A stretch of DNA of 64,000 bases from the NCBI GenBank assembly GCA_963705705.1, contig CAVPKK010000009.1:1740-65739 (forward strand). The letters run 5' to 3'. The notes beneath the pieces were generated by a model. It had not been told where the DNA came from and ran no database searches. It worked only from the letters and a program-made list of their open reading frames with translations. The stretch comes from an uncultured bacterium (GTDB taxonomy: Bacteria; Babelota; Babeliae; Babelales; JABCYS01). Shown here piece after piece: positions 10,177-19,728 of the stretch (positions within the stretch are counted from its first letter, which is position 1; each line of letters opens with the position of its first letter). Made by a program: the position numbers and the translations under genes.

Positions 10177-11169
10177 ATGAAATTGCTAGTTATATTTCTT
10201 TCTATCATCAGCTCGATAAGCATCTTAGCAACTAGCGCAACAGCCGAAGATGAAAAGAGCCAAAATTCTGCTATTGCCCGTCCAATTTATGATTCTCGGA
10301 TAGATCATAAGGCTTTTACAGATCCGCAATATTCATTTATAGATTTTCCCGGCCGCGTACCCGGCCGAATTCGAGAGTTATTGCTTCGGTTTACTGGCAA
10401 GCATAAATCTCCCGAATTAACGAACAGTATTTTATTGTATGGACATACAGGCAATGGCATGGCCAGATTGGCAGAGGCTTTTGCGGGCGAAGCCCAAGCG
10501 GCATATTTACACATTCCTACTTCGCGATTTGAAAGCTCTTGGGACGTTGATCGTACCTTTAATAGCTTGCTAGCATACTCCCATAAGTTCAATAAAAAGG
10601 TAGTACTCTGTTTAAGATATCTTGATGCTGCTGGCACAGAGTGTTCCCGATATCCTGCTTGGCATGACGCCCAGCAAGCATTAATTACTAGGCTTATCGA
10701 ATTAAAAAACAACAAATCAATTTTTACCATTGCAACTAGCCATAAGCCGCAAATGTTAATTCCTGCATTTCGAGACTGTTCGATTTTGGCGGAAAACATT
10801 GAACTGCCTTTTCCAAATTTTGAAAATCGTAAAGATATAATTGAGTATTACTTACATACCCGACCACTATCAATCTCGCAACAACAACTAGCAACAGAAA
10901 TCGCGCTTGCCGCCCAAAAAACAAAAGGACTAGCTAGGTGCGATCTTAGGTCGATGGTAATGATGGAAGTTACAAGATCTTCTGACTTTCGGAATAAAAA
11001 TGACGGCCCACCAACAATAACGTCATCAGATATTGAAAATGGGGTCAAGAAAATAGTTGAAGATCCGATCCGAACATATTTCATCGAAAAAAACAAAAAC
11101 GAGGAAAGAAAAAATGATGCTGAAGGTAAAGTAGTACCTCTTAAGATTCATATGGAGCCAGAAGATTAG
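10177..11169 (+). CDS. signal-peptide protein with a degenerate AAA+ module
   Basis: Signal peptide 'MKLLVIFLSIISSISILATSATA'. The AAA-like core 'ILLYGHTGNGMARLAEAFAGEAQAAYLHIP' has a degenerate Walker A and 'VVLCLRYLDAAG' in place of Walker B. It is clearly related to module 2 of 14672..18316 ('LAEAFAGSAFAKFVCVS'). Confidence 0.6.
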   Translation: MKLLVIFLSIISSISILATSATAEDEKSQNSAIARPIYDSRIDHKAFTDPQYSFIDFPGRVPGRIRELLLRFTGKHKSPELTNSILLYGHTGNGMARLAEAFAGEAQAAYLHIPTSRFESSWDVDRTFNSLLAYSHKFNKKVVLCLRYLDAAGTECSRYPAWHDAQQALITRLIELKNNKSIFTIATSHKPQMLIPAFRDCSILAENIELPFPNFENRKDIIEYYLHTRPLSISQQQLATEIALAAQKTKGLARCDLRSMVMMEVTRSSDFRNKNDGPPTITSSDIENGVKKIVEDPIRTYFIEKNKNEERKNDAEGKVVPLKIHMEPED

Positions 11170-11364
11170 ATCATGCTACCTCAACAACCGTAGCTGCTGG
11201 ACAATCTTATAGAAATGCTCATCTAACAACGAGAAGCTGAGCATATGTTACCAAGCGAGCAACATTAGCCAAGACAATCGAATGAAGGGAAGCAAATTCG
11301 GCTTGATCATCACATAGAATTTTTTGTCCTATGAAAGTGTCATAGACTGGTATTATTCGTCCGA

Positions 11365-12192
11365 TTAACATTGCCCTGTCGAACGGTCGAAGCCGGTTGT
11401 TTCTACGAGCCAAAGCGATTTACCATTCTGGCAAAATTTAAGCACTATTAAGAAATAAAAAGCCAAATCTAGTGCTAATTCACCGTCATAATTTTTCATT
11501 TGGTATGGGCGCTGCGGGATAAAAAAGAAACAGCTGCTGGATGCACCCGAAATTAACTCAAGACGAGCCGGTCCTTTTTGCAAGAGCATTGTTTTGTCAT
11601 TATTAATAAACTCAACGAATGCCTCTTCATTCAAACGCCTGTCACCAGATTCATCAAAGATTTCAAAGCCGGCTTGTTTTATATTATGAAAGAACAAATT
11701 TGTTTGTTCCTTCATATTTTCATCACGCCAAACCCATGCAACATTGATTGACGGGCCTTCCACTGCGGGTGTGAGTGTGGGTTCTAGATCATTATCTTCT
11801 ATTCTGATTGTGCTTATTTTAAATACGTCCAATAATGGCAAAAGCTCATCAAAATACTTAGAAGCTTTCCCCCATCGATAGCTATAATAGGACTTTGATA
11901 ACTTAATCAGACCTGATTTCTCGTCAGGGCGAATGTACATGACTAAAGATATATTCTGAACTAGATTCCTTACAGTAAGCGGCTCTGAGTGAACTTGCGT
12001 AAGACCGAATTTATGACCCCTAATTATAAAATCCGCAGCTTCTTCCACTGAAAAATGTTGTTTTTCAATAGGTGAAGCGTAATAAATTTCGCAAGAAAAC
12101 ACATAGCCCAGATCAGCAATATGCTTAAGCAAGCGCAATATATTTAACTTGTTGAAACTCAAATCAAGGGTCAATGAAAAATTAACCTCCAT
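11365..12192 (-). CDS. hypothetical protein, coupled partner (immunity/antitoxin-like) of the upstream nuclease-like protein
   Basis: Its start overlaps the stop of 12182..14662 by 11 nt (ATGGAGGTTAA). It is a paralog of 26574..27350, sharing blocks 'NILRLLKHIADLGYVF'/'NIIKILEHGAKLGYSF', 'KQAGFEIFDESG'/'SAAGFKILDKPHG' and 'DLAFYF'/'DTAFYL'. Confidence 0.55.
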   Translation of the reverse strand: MEVNFSLTLDLSFNKLNILRLLKHIADLGYVFSCEIYYASPIEKQHFSVEEAADFIIRGHKFGLTQVHSEPLTVRNLVQNISLVMYIRPDEKSGLIKLSKSYYSYRWGKASKYFDELLPLLDVFKISTIRIEDNDLEPTLTPAVEGPSINVAWVWRDENMKEQTNLFFHNIKQAGFEIFDESGDRRLNEEAFVEFINNDKTMLLQKGPARLELISGASSSCFFFIPQRPYQMKNYDGELALDLAFYFLIVLKFCQNGKSLWLVETTGFDRSTGQC

Positions 12193-14662
12193 TAATTAAC
12201 CTCCATGCTAATTCATCTAAACTTAAAAATTGAATACCCTCTCCACGAGCCTCGTTTAGCAATGAAATAACTTCCTCTCTCAATGCAGCATCAGGGATAT
12301 GGTCCAAAGTCAATTTTTCCGGCGTTACAACAGCGAAAGATCGCCGCCCTTCAAATAAACGTTTTATTGATTCGCTCCGGGTAATGAATTGGTCTAGCTC
12401 GGTCTTTATTTTTTCAGGCGATAACATTTTCCAATCCCATGATTTACATTCAATCGCATAGCGTCTTCCATGCTTATCCGTAGCCAAAATATCAATTTCG
12501 AACTCTTGCTCACCAATTCTAGATATTCGATTCATTCCTTCAATTTCTCCCTCGGCCCGCTTTATAGTGCAGCCGACCTCTAACTCATAAATCTTGCCCT
12601 GGTTAGAATTCAACTTCCCATTCTTTCTAGTTTTTATATTATCCAAGGCGGCTGCAACTGTCTCATCTAATCCTGGAAATGGCCTTTCTGAAAGTTCGGT
12701 CTTTGCATTCTCTATCACTTCACGTGCAATTTCTTCTGTGCGATACCGTGCGCGAAAAACAAGTTCGCCGTTAGATGGCTCTTTCGGACCGGGTGGTTTT
12801 AAGCTAGTTCCCGGGCCGCTGGGCGATGGAGGTGGCGGCTTTTGTAACTGATATTCGCCGCATTCATTCAGATCCATTTCAAAAATATTATCTTCTAGGC
12901 ATGTATCTGGTATTGGATTAGTTTCAACCTCTGGCTTCGGCTCGACGTCATCAACATCAGATTCAGCTGATCCATTACTCGGCTTAGTCGCCGGCTCATC
13001 TGTTTCAGGTTTAATCCCCGGTTGAATTTCCGGACCAGCAGGTCCTGGATTTTCAGTAGGCGCTGGATCTTGTTTGGCAACATTAATATCACGCTGCTCA
13101 AGCCCTGTACGCTGCATTAAACCTTTATAGAAACCATTCTTATCAAGGAAAATTTCTTTAGTTGATCTGCCTGCGACTATTGGATGCTTATTAATAAAAT
13201 CATTGACCATCTCCTGCAATTTTATTTCTGGCAATGGTTTCTGATGCCGATCTGACGGACGTTGAGCCTCTACAAGTTCATACAAGAAATCATTTAGTTC
13301 AACGGCTGCAGCAGAATCATGTCGAATACCAAGTTTTTCCTCGAGAAGAAATTTTCTCTGGCCTCGAAGAATAACACTCATGGGCAATTTTATACTGTTA
13401 TCCGACCATTGATGACCTTCATACGGCGATTCTTCTATCCAGGGATCACGTGAGCACAGTGTCTCAGCAACTTCGTGCAATGCCGCGCGGAGACCATTAT
13501 GAGACCAATTCCATCCATCATTTTTATCAAAGCTGATTGCGCGAAGATCATTATTATCGTATGCATTGATAAGCATACGAACTGCTCCATTAAACTTATT
13601 ATTGCGAATAGCCTCTGAAGAAATCCTTCTTTTGGTATGAACGCAACCTTTTGGCCCTTTGCCATCACCTGTATAGCTGATTCCAAGCTGTTCTATTTTC
13701 TCTCGCCACCAATCCGCCCTGATTTCAGAATTCACCCGTGTAAGAAATTTATTTATATCGCGGGTTAATTTTGCAAGAATTGCCGATGCACATCCATTTG
13801 TTTTTATTAATTTTCCATTTTGGTGCCATCTAAAATCTTTAAGCGAGCCGTCCTCATTGAAGAAATGGGGAAGAAGCCACGCCTGAGTTTCAGCAAATTC
13901 TGCTGGCCATTCACTAACCGATTGCGGAATTAATAACTCAGCCAGCTCTAGTCGAGCGCGCAATGTATCTAACGAGGAAGCGCCCTTCCTATTAGGATTT
14001 GCCAGTTGCTGCATTACCGATCCAGGCTGTGCTGGCCCGGGCATAGCACCAAAAAGAGCCAGCGTGCTAAGATCAACAAAACGCATCATTTTAGCGATAT
14101 TGTATTGGCGAATTCTCGCTTCATATGCATCGGCCGGCGTTCCGATCTCAACCTTCGCTGATCCTCTTGGAGCTGGCATTGCGGGCTTTACTGCCTTGGT
14201 CTTGCCTGGTATAGCATGCTGTCGCCGTGAATTATTATTGGATACTGGAGCGAGGGTAGCCTCGGGTATTTGAGTAGGCGTCGGTTGCTTTGCAATTTCA
14301 CCTGAAGAATCGGCTACTGAGGAGGATGCCTCAGTGTATTTTTGCGCCCCTGGGACATCCTCGCGAACACCCTTCATGCGGAAATATTCTTCAGCAGATA
14401 CTGCCTCACAACGAATGCCGTTGACTGGTTTCGTTTGTTCAGCTATCCAATTCAGAGCAACAGCTAAACCAGGAACTGCAGCAACAAGCTTGTCGACTTG
14501 AACGGCGACCTGCGGATTATTTGCAAGGACTGTGCCTACCGTTGTTCCTACCTGATTTATAAGTTGGGCAACGGCAAACCCCAGAGATTTACGACAAGGT
14601 ACAAATATTAGCGCTAAAGCTACCAAACAAATCAGTAACCGTCGTCTGAGGCGAACTTGCAT
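12182..14662 (-). CDS. large membrane-anchored protein with a C-terminal PD-(D/E)xK (restriction-endonuclease-fold) nuclease-like domain
   Basis: N-terminal hydrophobic anchor 'LLICLVALALIFVPC', a long unique middle, a Pro/Glu-rich linker, then 'GKIYELEVG...EQEFEIDILATDKHGRRYAIECKSWDW' (E...D...ExK order). Confidence 0.6.
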   Translation of the reverse strand: MQVRLRRRLLICLVALALIFVPCRKSLGFAVAQLINQVGTTVGTVLANNPQVAVQVDKLVAAVPGLAVALNWIAEQTKPVNGIRCEAVSAEEYFRMKGVREDVPGAQKYTEASSSVADSSGEIAKQPTPTQIPEATLAPVSNNNSRRQHAIPGKTKAVKPAMPAPRGSAKVEIGTPADAYEARIRQYNIAKMMRFVDLSTLALFGAMPGPAQPGSVMQQLANPNRKGASSLDTLRARLELAELLIPQSVSEWPAEFAETQAWLLPHFFNEDGSLKDFRWHQNGKLIKTNGCASAILAKLTRDINKFLTRVNSEIRADWWREKIEQLGISYTGDGKGPKGCVHTKRRISSEAIRNNKFNGAVRMLINAYDNNDLRAISFDKNDGWNWSHNGLRAALHEVAETLCSRDPWIEESPYEGHQWSDNSIKLPMSVILRGQRKFLLEEKLGIRHDSAAAVELNDFLYELVEAQRPSDRHQKPLPEIKLQEMVNDFINKHPIVAGRSTKEIFLDKNGFYKGLMQRTGLEQRDINVAKQDPAPTENPGPAGPEIQPGIKPETDEPATKPSNGSAESDVDDVEPKPEVETNPIPDTCLEDNIFEMDLNECGEYQLQKPPPPSPSGPGTSLKPPGPKEPSNGELVFRARYRTEEIAREVIENAKTELSERPFPGLDETVAAALDNIKTRKNGKLNSNQGKIYELEVGCTIKRAEGEIEGMNRISRIGEQEFEIDILATDKHGRRYAIECKSWDWKMLSPEKIKTELDQFITRSESIKRLFEGRRSFAVVTPEKLTLDHIPDAALREEVISLLNEARGEGIQFLSLDELAWRLINGG

Positions 14663-14671
14663 GGTTTGCCT

Positions 14672-17600
14672 TTATTGTTTCTTTTCTTCTTCGCGTAGTC
14701 GTTCACGCTGTTTTTTTATGAATTCTTTTTGTTCCCTATCGGTTGCAACATCCTCGTCCATGGTTTCTATAACATTAAATGCACCAAACACCCATGCTGC
14801 TGGATTAGAGGATGATGCCGCCGAAGTAGCTGCAGATCGCAGATTCATCATGCGATCTTTTCGCTGTTGGTATTGCTGCTGTTCAAGTAGATCGAGTTGA
14901 AATTCTCGGTTTTTTATGGCCTCTCGTTCCTGAGAAGATTTACCCCATTTTATGCGATAGTCCACTAGTTTCCTAATAATCAGCACAGCATTTTGCAGAT
15001 CTTGCAATGTTACTTTTAGTCCTGTTTTTACTTGTTCCAAATATGTCTGTGAAACGGGAGTCCCGGCCAATACTGCATAACTTCTATCTATTGCAATATC
15101 CTCGGCTGTTACAACTAAATTTTCAAGGTCACGGCAGGCGAAGCCCCGTGTATCCTTCAAAACTTGATCGAGGGTTTCCGCCCTATGTTTCTCTTCCACA
15201 GCGCTATCAAAAATAGTGTGTTTGGTTTGAGCAAGATAATGCTCAAGAATCATCCGCCTGTTATATAGATCTGGTACATCCATCATAATATGAGCATCGA
15301 ATCGAGCATGAACTGCTTCATCCAGATCTTCCCGTCTATTGGTCGCTGCAATATAAAATATTAAATTGCAGTATTCTTTGCGCAATGAATTAAATTGACT
15401 AAGCAAAGCGTCATTCATTCTTGTTTCTTCTTTGTGAGAGTCGTTATTCCGTTTACCGCCAAGTCCTTCAAACTCATCAAAGAAAATAACAACTTTTTGC
15501 CCAGTAACATTCACAAATGTTTTAATGCGCTCGAAGAATTCATTTATTTTTCTTGGGCCCTCTCCAGCCCATTTATCTGCAAAGGCACCGCCATGACACA
15601 TGATAAATTTTGCGCCAGCTTGATGCGCGAAGATTTCCGCAATTGTTGTTTTCCCCGTGCCGGGAGGTCCGTATAATAAAATGCCCTTTTTCCGTTTGTT
15701 TCCAAGATCCCTAATTCCTGTTCCGAATTCGCGGCATAGACGTGGGATATCGGATGCTATGTCGCCTACAAATATTTTTGCTTCTGGAGCCATGATGGTA
15801 ATACCGTTATCTCGTAATTTATTTATTTCGCGATCATCTCGTTCACGGCACCAATCAGAAACAACCGTGGAACAGTGACGAAACACATCTAAGCGAGGCT
15901 CGCGCATAAGACCATCACGCACTTCATGGATCATATCTCTCATAGCACGACAATTAAAATTTTTGGTTGCTTTTACCAACATCATTATCTGATCTTCACG
16001 CAAATTAAAGCCAGTGGTTTCATGCTTCAGGATAGATTGTCTCGCTTGATCATTAGGAAATGTAATTTCAACCTGCTTAACAAATTTTCCTTGCTGACCT
16101 AACTCAAACTTAGCCGACAGACTATTGCAGATACCTATAACCGTTATAAATTTATTTTTGGTGTTGTGCGTTTCTGCTAAAATAAATTGTGCAGCTTGGG
16201 CGCGCAGTGGATCAAAATTATGTTGATCATTTTGGATCAGCTTCTCAATCCAATCAATTATGAGAACCGAAGGCCGATTGATCGATCGCAATGCAGAAAA
16301 TATTTTTTCAACTTGCTCCGGCCGCGTAATATGGCGAGCGTCAATGAAGACCATTTCGGCACCGACTTCTTGAGCAACACAGCGCGCAATATGCCCTTTT
16401 TCATCTGAATCACCGTAGAATATTGCATGGGCCCAGAGGCGATCTGCCTGTCTAAGTCTATTTAGATAATCCGTAATTTGGCCAGGTATGACAGGCGCCG
16501 CTCTACCTACTTGTTGATTTTCACCATTTGGATACACACCAAATGCTTCATATAAATTTAATGATGGATCGGGATTAATGAGCTGAGGAATCATCTGCTT
16601 GAGCCGTTCGCGATATTGAGCATGAACATCATTAAAACCTTGCTCTACATGTGTCTGCTCCAATCTTACTGCGCGGCCGCGTGCTTCATGAGCTTTTTCA
16701 GTCACAATCGCCTTGAGCTCGGCTATATTAAAACCTTCCGCTCTTTGCGCTAGATGTTCGATGAGTTGATCAAGGTTTTGAATATTGTGCTGTTGTTGTC
16801 GCAAATAATAAGTAAGAATTGCCCGACGCATTTCCAAACTTGGCAAATCCAAACGAATCTGAGCACCAAACCGCCCTGCGCGCATCAAGTTTTTATCAAG
16901 TTCGTCCTCATGATTCGTTGCACCAATCACAATTACTGATCTGCCAAATGGGGTTCTTGCAAGTTCCGATAGCTCAACCTTTAATTGGTTAATTGTATTA
17001 TCACCTTGATGATGGCCGCCGCGGCGCGCAAGCGAATCAAATTCATCGAAAAAGATAACAATACGTTCCTCTGGATTTTGTTCCAAATAGGTTTTGACTT
17101 GCCTAAAAATTGAACTTATACGTTCGGCGCCGCTTCCGATGAGGGCTCCGTTAACCATGCTTGCAGATACGCATACAAATTTTGCGAAAGCAGAACCTGC
17201 AAATGCCTCAGCCAAGAACGATTTGCCTGTACCACCAGGACCATATAACAACATGCCGGGCGACACTTCATGAGCTCGCCCATCTTGATTTCCTTGTTGC
17301 ATAAAACGATCCAATGTTGCCCGCGCTCTTTCGGGCACTTCCCCAGCAAAATCATCCAATGTGCACAGTGGGGCTTGGAACTTAATAGAATTTTCACGTT
17401 CTTGCTCTCTGAAAACGCGCTCAAGATCTTCATTTCTTCTTTGGCGTAGTTCATTTAATTGTTGGATCAGGCGGTGATGTTCAAAATTTGCTCGTGGCAT
17501 ATGGTCAATAGCACTGCATACATCCTTGGCGCTTAAGCAATGGGATCGAGTGATAAGTAGCTGTAATATTGCATCATCAACATTAACTTGCTGTTTCTCG

Positions 17601-18316
17601 AGATATGAACGAATAATTGCTGCACGAGCCTCAGCATTTGGCAATTCAAATTTTATATTTGCAGATTCAAGTTCGCCATTTTCTAGGAATGATCGCGAAA
17701 TAAGGCTAAGGTCTCGGATTGTACCTATTACAAAAATATTGCGATTAAGCGGATCGACAAGCTGTTCCATGAATGTACCAGCGGTATTCAAATATTCAGG
17801 ATGTTCGCCTTCTGGCTTTCGACCGAGCAGCATTTCAATTTGATCAACAATTAATAGCGTGGGCTTGTTTGATGCACGCAATTCTTTGAAAAGTTCTCTA
17901 ATTTTGTCAGCGCCTACACCAATATGCTTATCATTAAATGCAGCACCTATAATGCGCTTTTTATGGAAGCCAAGTTCGTCGGCAATAATAGAAGCAGAAA
18001 AACTTTTGCCCGTGCCAGAAGGTCCGTGAAAAAATACCAACCTTGGCGTATTGGCATGTCTCTGGTCCAAATGACGATATTGAGCTGCAAGATCATGGGC
18101 CTGCTGTGGCAAACCATGAACTTCGTCTAATCTAACTTTTTTGGCAACTGACTCATCGTCAAATTGTTCTTTTTCAAGGGTTCCGGTCAACCGTTGGAAG
18201 GAATAATAGAGAAGTGCTCTATTTCGCTCATTGTAGGATGTCCATTGAGTGAAGAGATCATTGGCTTGGACAAAGCCAGGGATTAAGAGAAGCAGTAGAA
18301 GCAGTAAGCGACACAT
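14672..18316 (-). CDS. signal-peptide protein with four tandem AAA+ ATPase modules
   Basis: 'MCRLLLLLLLLIPGFVQA' signal peptide. Walker A 'GPSGTGKS' (~18000-18040), 'GPGGTGKS' (~17220-17255), degenerate 'GDSDEKGH', and 'GPPGTGKT' (~15650-15690). Walker B 'LLIVDQIE', 'VIFFDEFDSL', 'VLIIDWIE', 'VIFFDEFEGL'. Sensor/Arg-finger 'GATN...MRAGRF' and 'AATN...HARFD'. Confidence 0.8.
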   Translation of the reverse strand: MCRLLLLLLLLIPGFVQANDLFTQWTSYNERNRALLYYSFQRLTGTLEKEQFDDESVAKKVRLDEVHGLPQQAHDLAAQYRHLDQRHANTPRLVFFHGPSGTGKSFSASIIADELGFHKKRIIGAAFNDKHIGVGADKIRELFKELRASNKPTLLIVDQIEMLLGRKPEGEHPEYLNTAGTFMEQLVDPLNRNIFVIGTIRDLSLISRSFLENGELESANIKFELPNAEARAAIIRSYLEKQQVNVDDAILQLLITRSHCLSAKDVCSAIDHMPRANFEHHRLIQQLNELRQRRNEDLERVFREQERENSIKFQAPLCTLDDFAGEVPERARATLDRFMQQGNQDGRAHEVSPGMLLYGPGGTGKSFLAEAFAGSAFAKFVCVSASMVNGALIGSGAERISSIFRQVKTYLEQNPEERIVIFFDEFDSLARRGGHHQGDNTINQLKVELSELARTPFGRSVIVIGATNHEDELDKNLMRAGRFGAQIRLDLPSLEMRRAILTYYLRQQQHNIQNLDQLIEHLAQRAEGFNIAELKAIVTEKAHEARGRAVRLEQTHVEQGFNDVHAQYRERLKQMIPQLINPDPSLNLYEAFGVYPNGENQQVGRAAPVIPGQITDYLNRLRQADRLWAHAIFYGDSDEKGHIARCVAQEVGAEMVFIDARHITRPEQVEKIFSALRSINRPSVLIIDWIEKLIQNDQHNFDPLRAQAAQFILAETHNTKNKFITVIGICNSLSAKFELGQQGKFVKQVEITFPNDQARQSILKHETTGFNLREDQIMMLVKATKNFNCRAMRDMIHEVRDGLMREPRLDVFRHCSTVVSDWCRERDDREINKLRDNGITIMAPEAKIFVGDIASDIPRLCREFGTGIRDLGNKRKKGILLYGPPGTGKTTIAEIFAHQAGAKFIMCHGGAFADKWAGEGPRKINEFFERIKTFVNVTGQKVVIFFDEFEGLGGKRNNDSHKEETRMNDALLSQFNSLRKEYCNLIFYIAATNRREDLDEAVHARFDAHIMMDVPDLYNRRMILEHYLAQTKHTIFDSAVEEKHRAETLDQVLKDTRGFACRDLENLVVTAEDIAIDRSYAVLAGTPVSQTYLEQVKTGLKVTLQDLQNAVLIIRKLVDYRIKWGKSSQEREAIKNREFQLDLLEQQQYQQRKDRMMNLRSAATSAASSSNPAAWVFGAFNVIETMDEDVATDREQKEFIKKQRERLREEEKKQ

Positions 18317-18437
18317 AAGATGCCCTTTAACTTAGAAGATTTGCTTGTCAACGAACTGCGCGCTACTATATGTTCAAACTTTGAAAAAAGCAAAGCCAGT
18401 AAGCAAAAAAGCCATCAAGCCACAACGAGGTTTACTC

Positions 18438-19106
18438 ATGATGCTTAAACGTGAAATTCTTTACATCGTTGCATTACTATCGCTTTTTAGTCATCCAGAT
18501 TGTTATGGTGCTACATCTGAGCAGTTGCCACAACTTCATCCCAATTCTTCATTCTATCAAAAGCAGCGATCTATCACCTGTAAAGTGCAGGCCTTATCAG
18601 CACGCGAAAGTGGTATGCTTTTCGGAACCAATATAATTAAAAAAGGTTTCCGCCCATTAATCCTAGCTATTGAAAATCACGGCTTGCGATCATATCTCCT
18701 GCCGGCACATGACATTCAGTATCAAGCACCATCCCAGATAATGCTCGACTTAGTATCAGCAGATATCATCATCAAAGCGTTATCGCTAAACACCTCTGGT
18801 TTTCTTATGGCAGGCGCCTCTGCGGCATATTATTTTAATTGGTCCATGCTCGTACCAGCTGGATTAATTGGATACGGTTTTTATCGTTTTAACAAGCGCG
18901 TTAGATCGCTCATCAATGACAACATTTTAGAGCAAACGCTGGAGATAGGGCCTCTTAAAACCATAAAGAGATTATTCTTTATTGCTGAAAACAAATTTTC
19001 AGCCCAGTTCAGTATTACGCTGTACGATCAAGTAGCAGAAGATTCCTTTACATTCGATGTCGATTTACTAAAAGGGCCGCACATACGTGGTCTAACATTG
19101 GAGTAA
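18438..19106 (+). CDS. hypothetical exported/membrane protein
   Basis: I chose the ATG at 18438 (GAGG 8 nt upstream). It has the N-terminal signal-like segment 'MMLKREILYIVALLSLFSHPDCYG' and an internal hydrophobic segment. No family recognised. Confidence 0.45.
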   Translation: MMLKREILYIVALLSLFSHPDCYGATSEQLPQLHPNSSFYQKQRSITCKVQALSARESGMLFGTNIIKKGFRPLILAIENHGLRSYLLPAHDIQYQAPSQIMLDLVSADIIIKALSLNTSGFLMAGASAAYYFNWSMLVPAGLIGYGFYRFNKRVRSLINDNILEQTLEIGPLKTIKRLFFIAENKFSAQFSITLYDQVAEDSFTFDVDLLKGPHIRGLTLE

Positions 19107-19113
19107 AAACAAC

Positions 19114-19728
19114 ATGAAATCAAAAATGATGCGTCAACTTTATTTGAGTTTTATTATTGGTTTAGGATTCCCAGCATTAACCTATGGTCAAACCGAAGCA
19201 CCGGGCTTAAGCAAGGCAGAGATACGCGCTTATGCCGAAGCCAACTTCAAAAGCTTGCTCGTTACCCAGGTTCTAATGCTTAGTTATGCAAGCTACAGTG
19301 TTTATACCTTTATTCAGTACATGTCTCGCCTTTTCCGCATGCGACCCTTCGACTACGTGACTGACTACAACTATTACTCAGCTTATGCCGCACCATTAAG
19401 CAAGTCATGTCAGCAGAACTTTGCACAATTGGAGACTCACCAGTTTCAGGAATTGATAGATGAACTCTTGGAAAATGCACACAACCAAACAGAAATGAAA
19501 TCAACATTAATTCATTCGTATAACTTGTATCAATTCCCAAATTTTTTGGCGTGCATCAGACAGTGGCCTGAGTACCAAAAGGATATGGAGATTCTGCTCA
19601 TCGTCGCGAAGACTGATCCAGAATTCCGAAAATTTTTTAATAAAATACCAGGGTTTAAAAAAGGTGAATTTCTGAAGTTAATTAAGCATGAAGCAAATGC
19701 AGCCGAGGCTTTTGATTCGCACGCTTGA
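19114..19728 (+). CDS. hypothetical secreted protein
   Basis: Signal peptide 'MKSKMMRQLYLSFIIGLGFPALTYG'. 204-aa ORF 8 nt after the previous gene. Confidence 0.45.
   Translation: MKSKMMRQLYLSFIIGLGFPALTYGQTEAPGLSKAEIRAYAEANFKSLLVTQVLMLSYASYSVYTFIQYMSRLFRMRPFDYVTDYNYYSAYAAPLSKSCQQNFAQLETHQFQELIDELLENAHNQTEMKSTLIHSYNLYQFPNFLACIRQWPEYQKDMEILLIVAKTDPEFRKFFNKIPGFKKGEFLKLIKHEANAAEAFDSHA

Noticed and set aside
11219-11413. 64-aa minus-strand ORF overlapping the end of 11365..12192
   Set aside because: It is short, overlaps a better-supported gene and has no motif or SD sequence.
14672-18316. The 4xAAA+ protein might be a ClpB/ClpA, FtsH or Cdc48 orthologue
   Set aside because: It has no Clp N-domain or middle coiled-coil, no FtsH protease (HEXXH) domain and no post-leader TM pair. 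It has four modules where those families have one or two, and it carries a secretion-type leader. I left it as an unclassified AAA+ protein.
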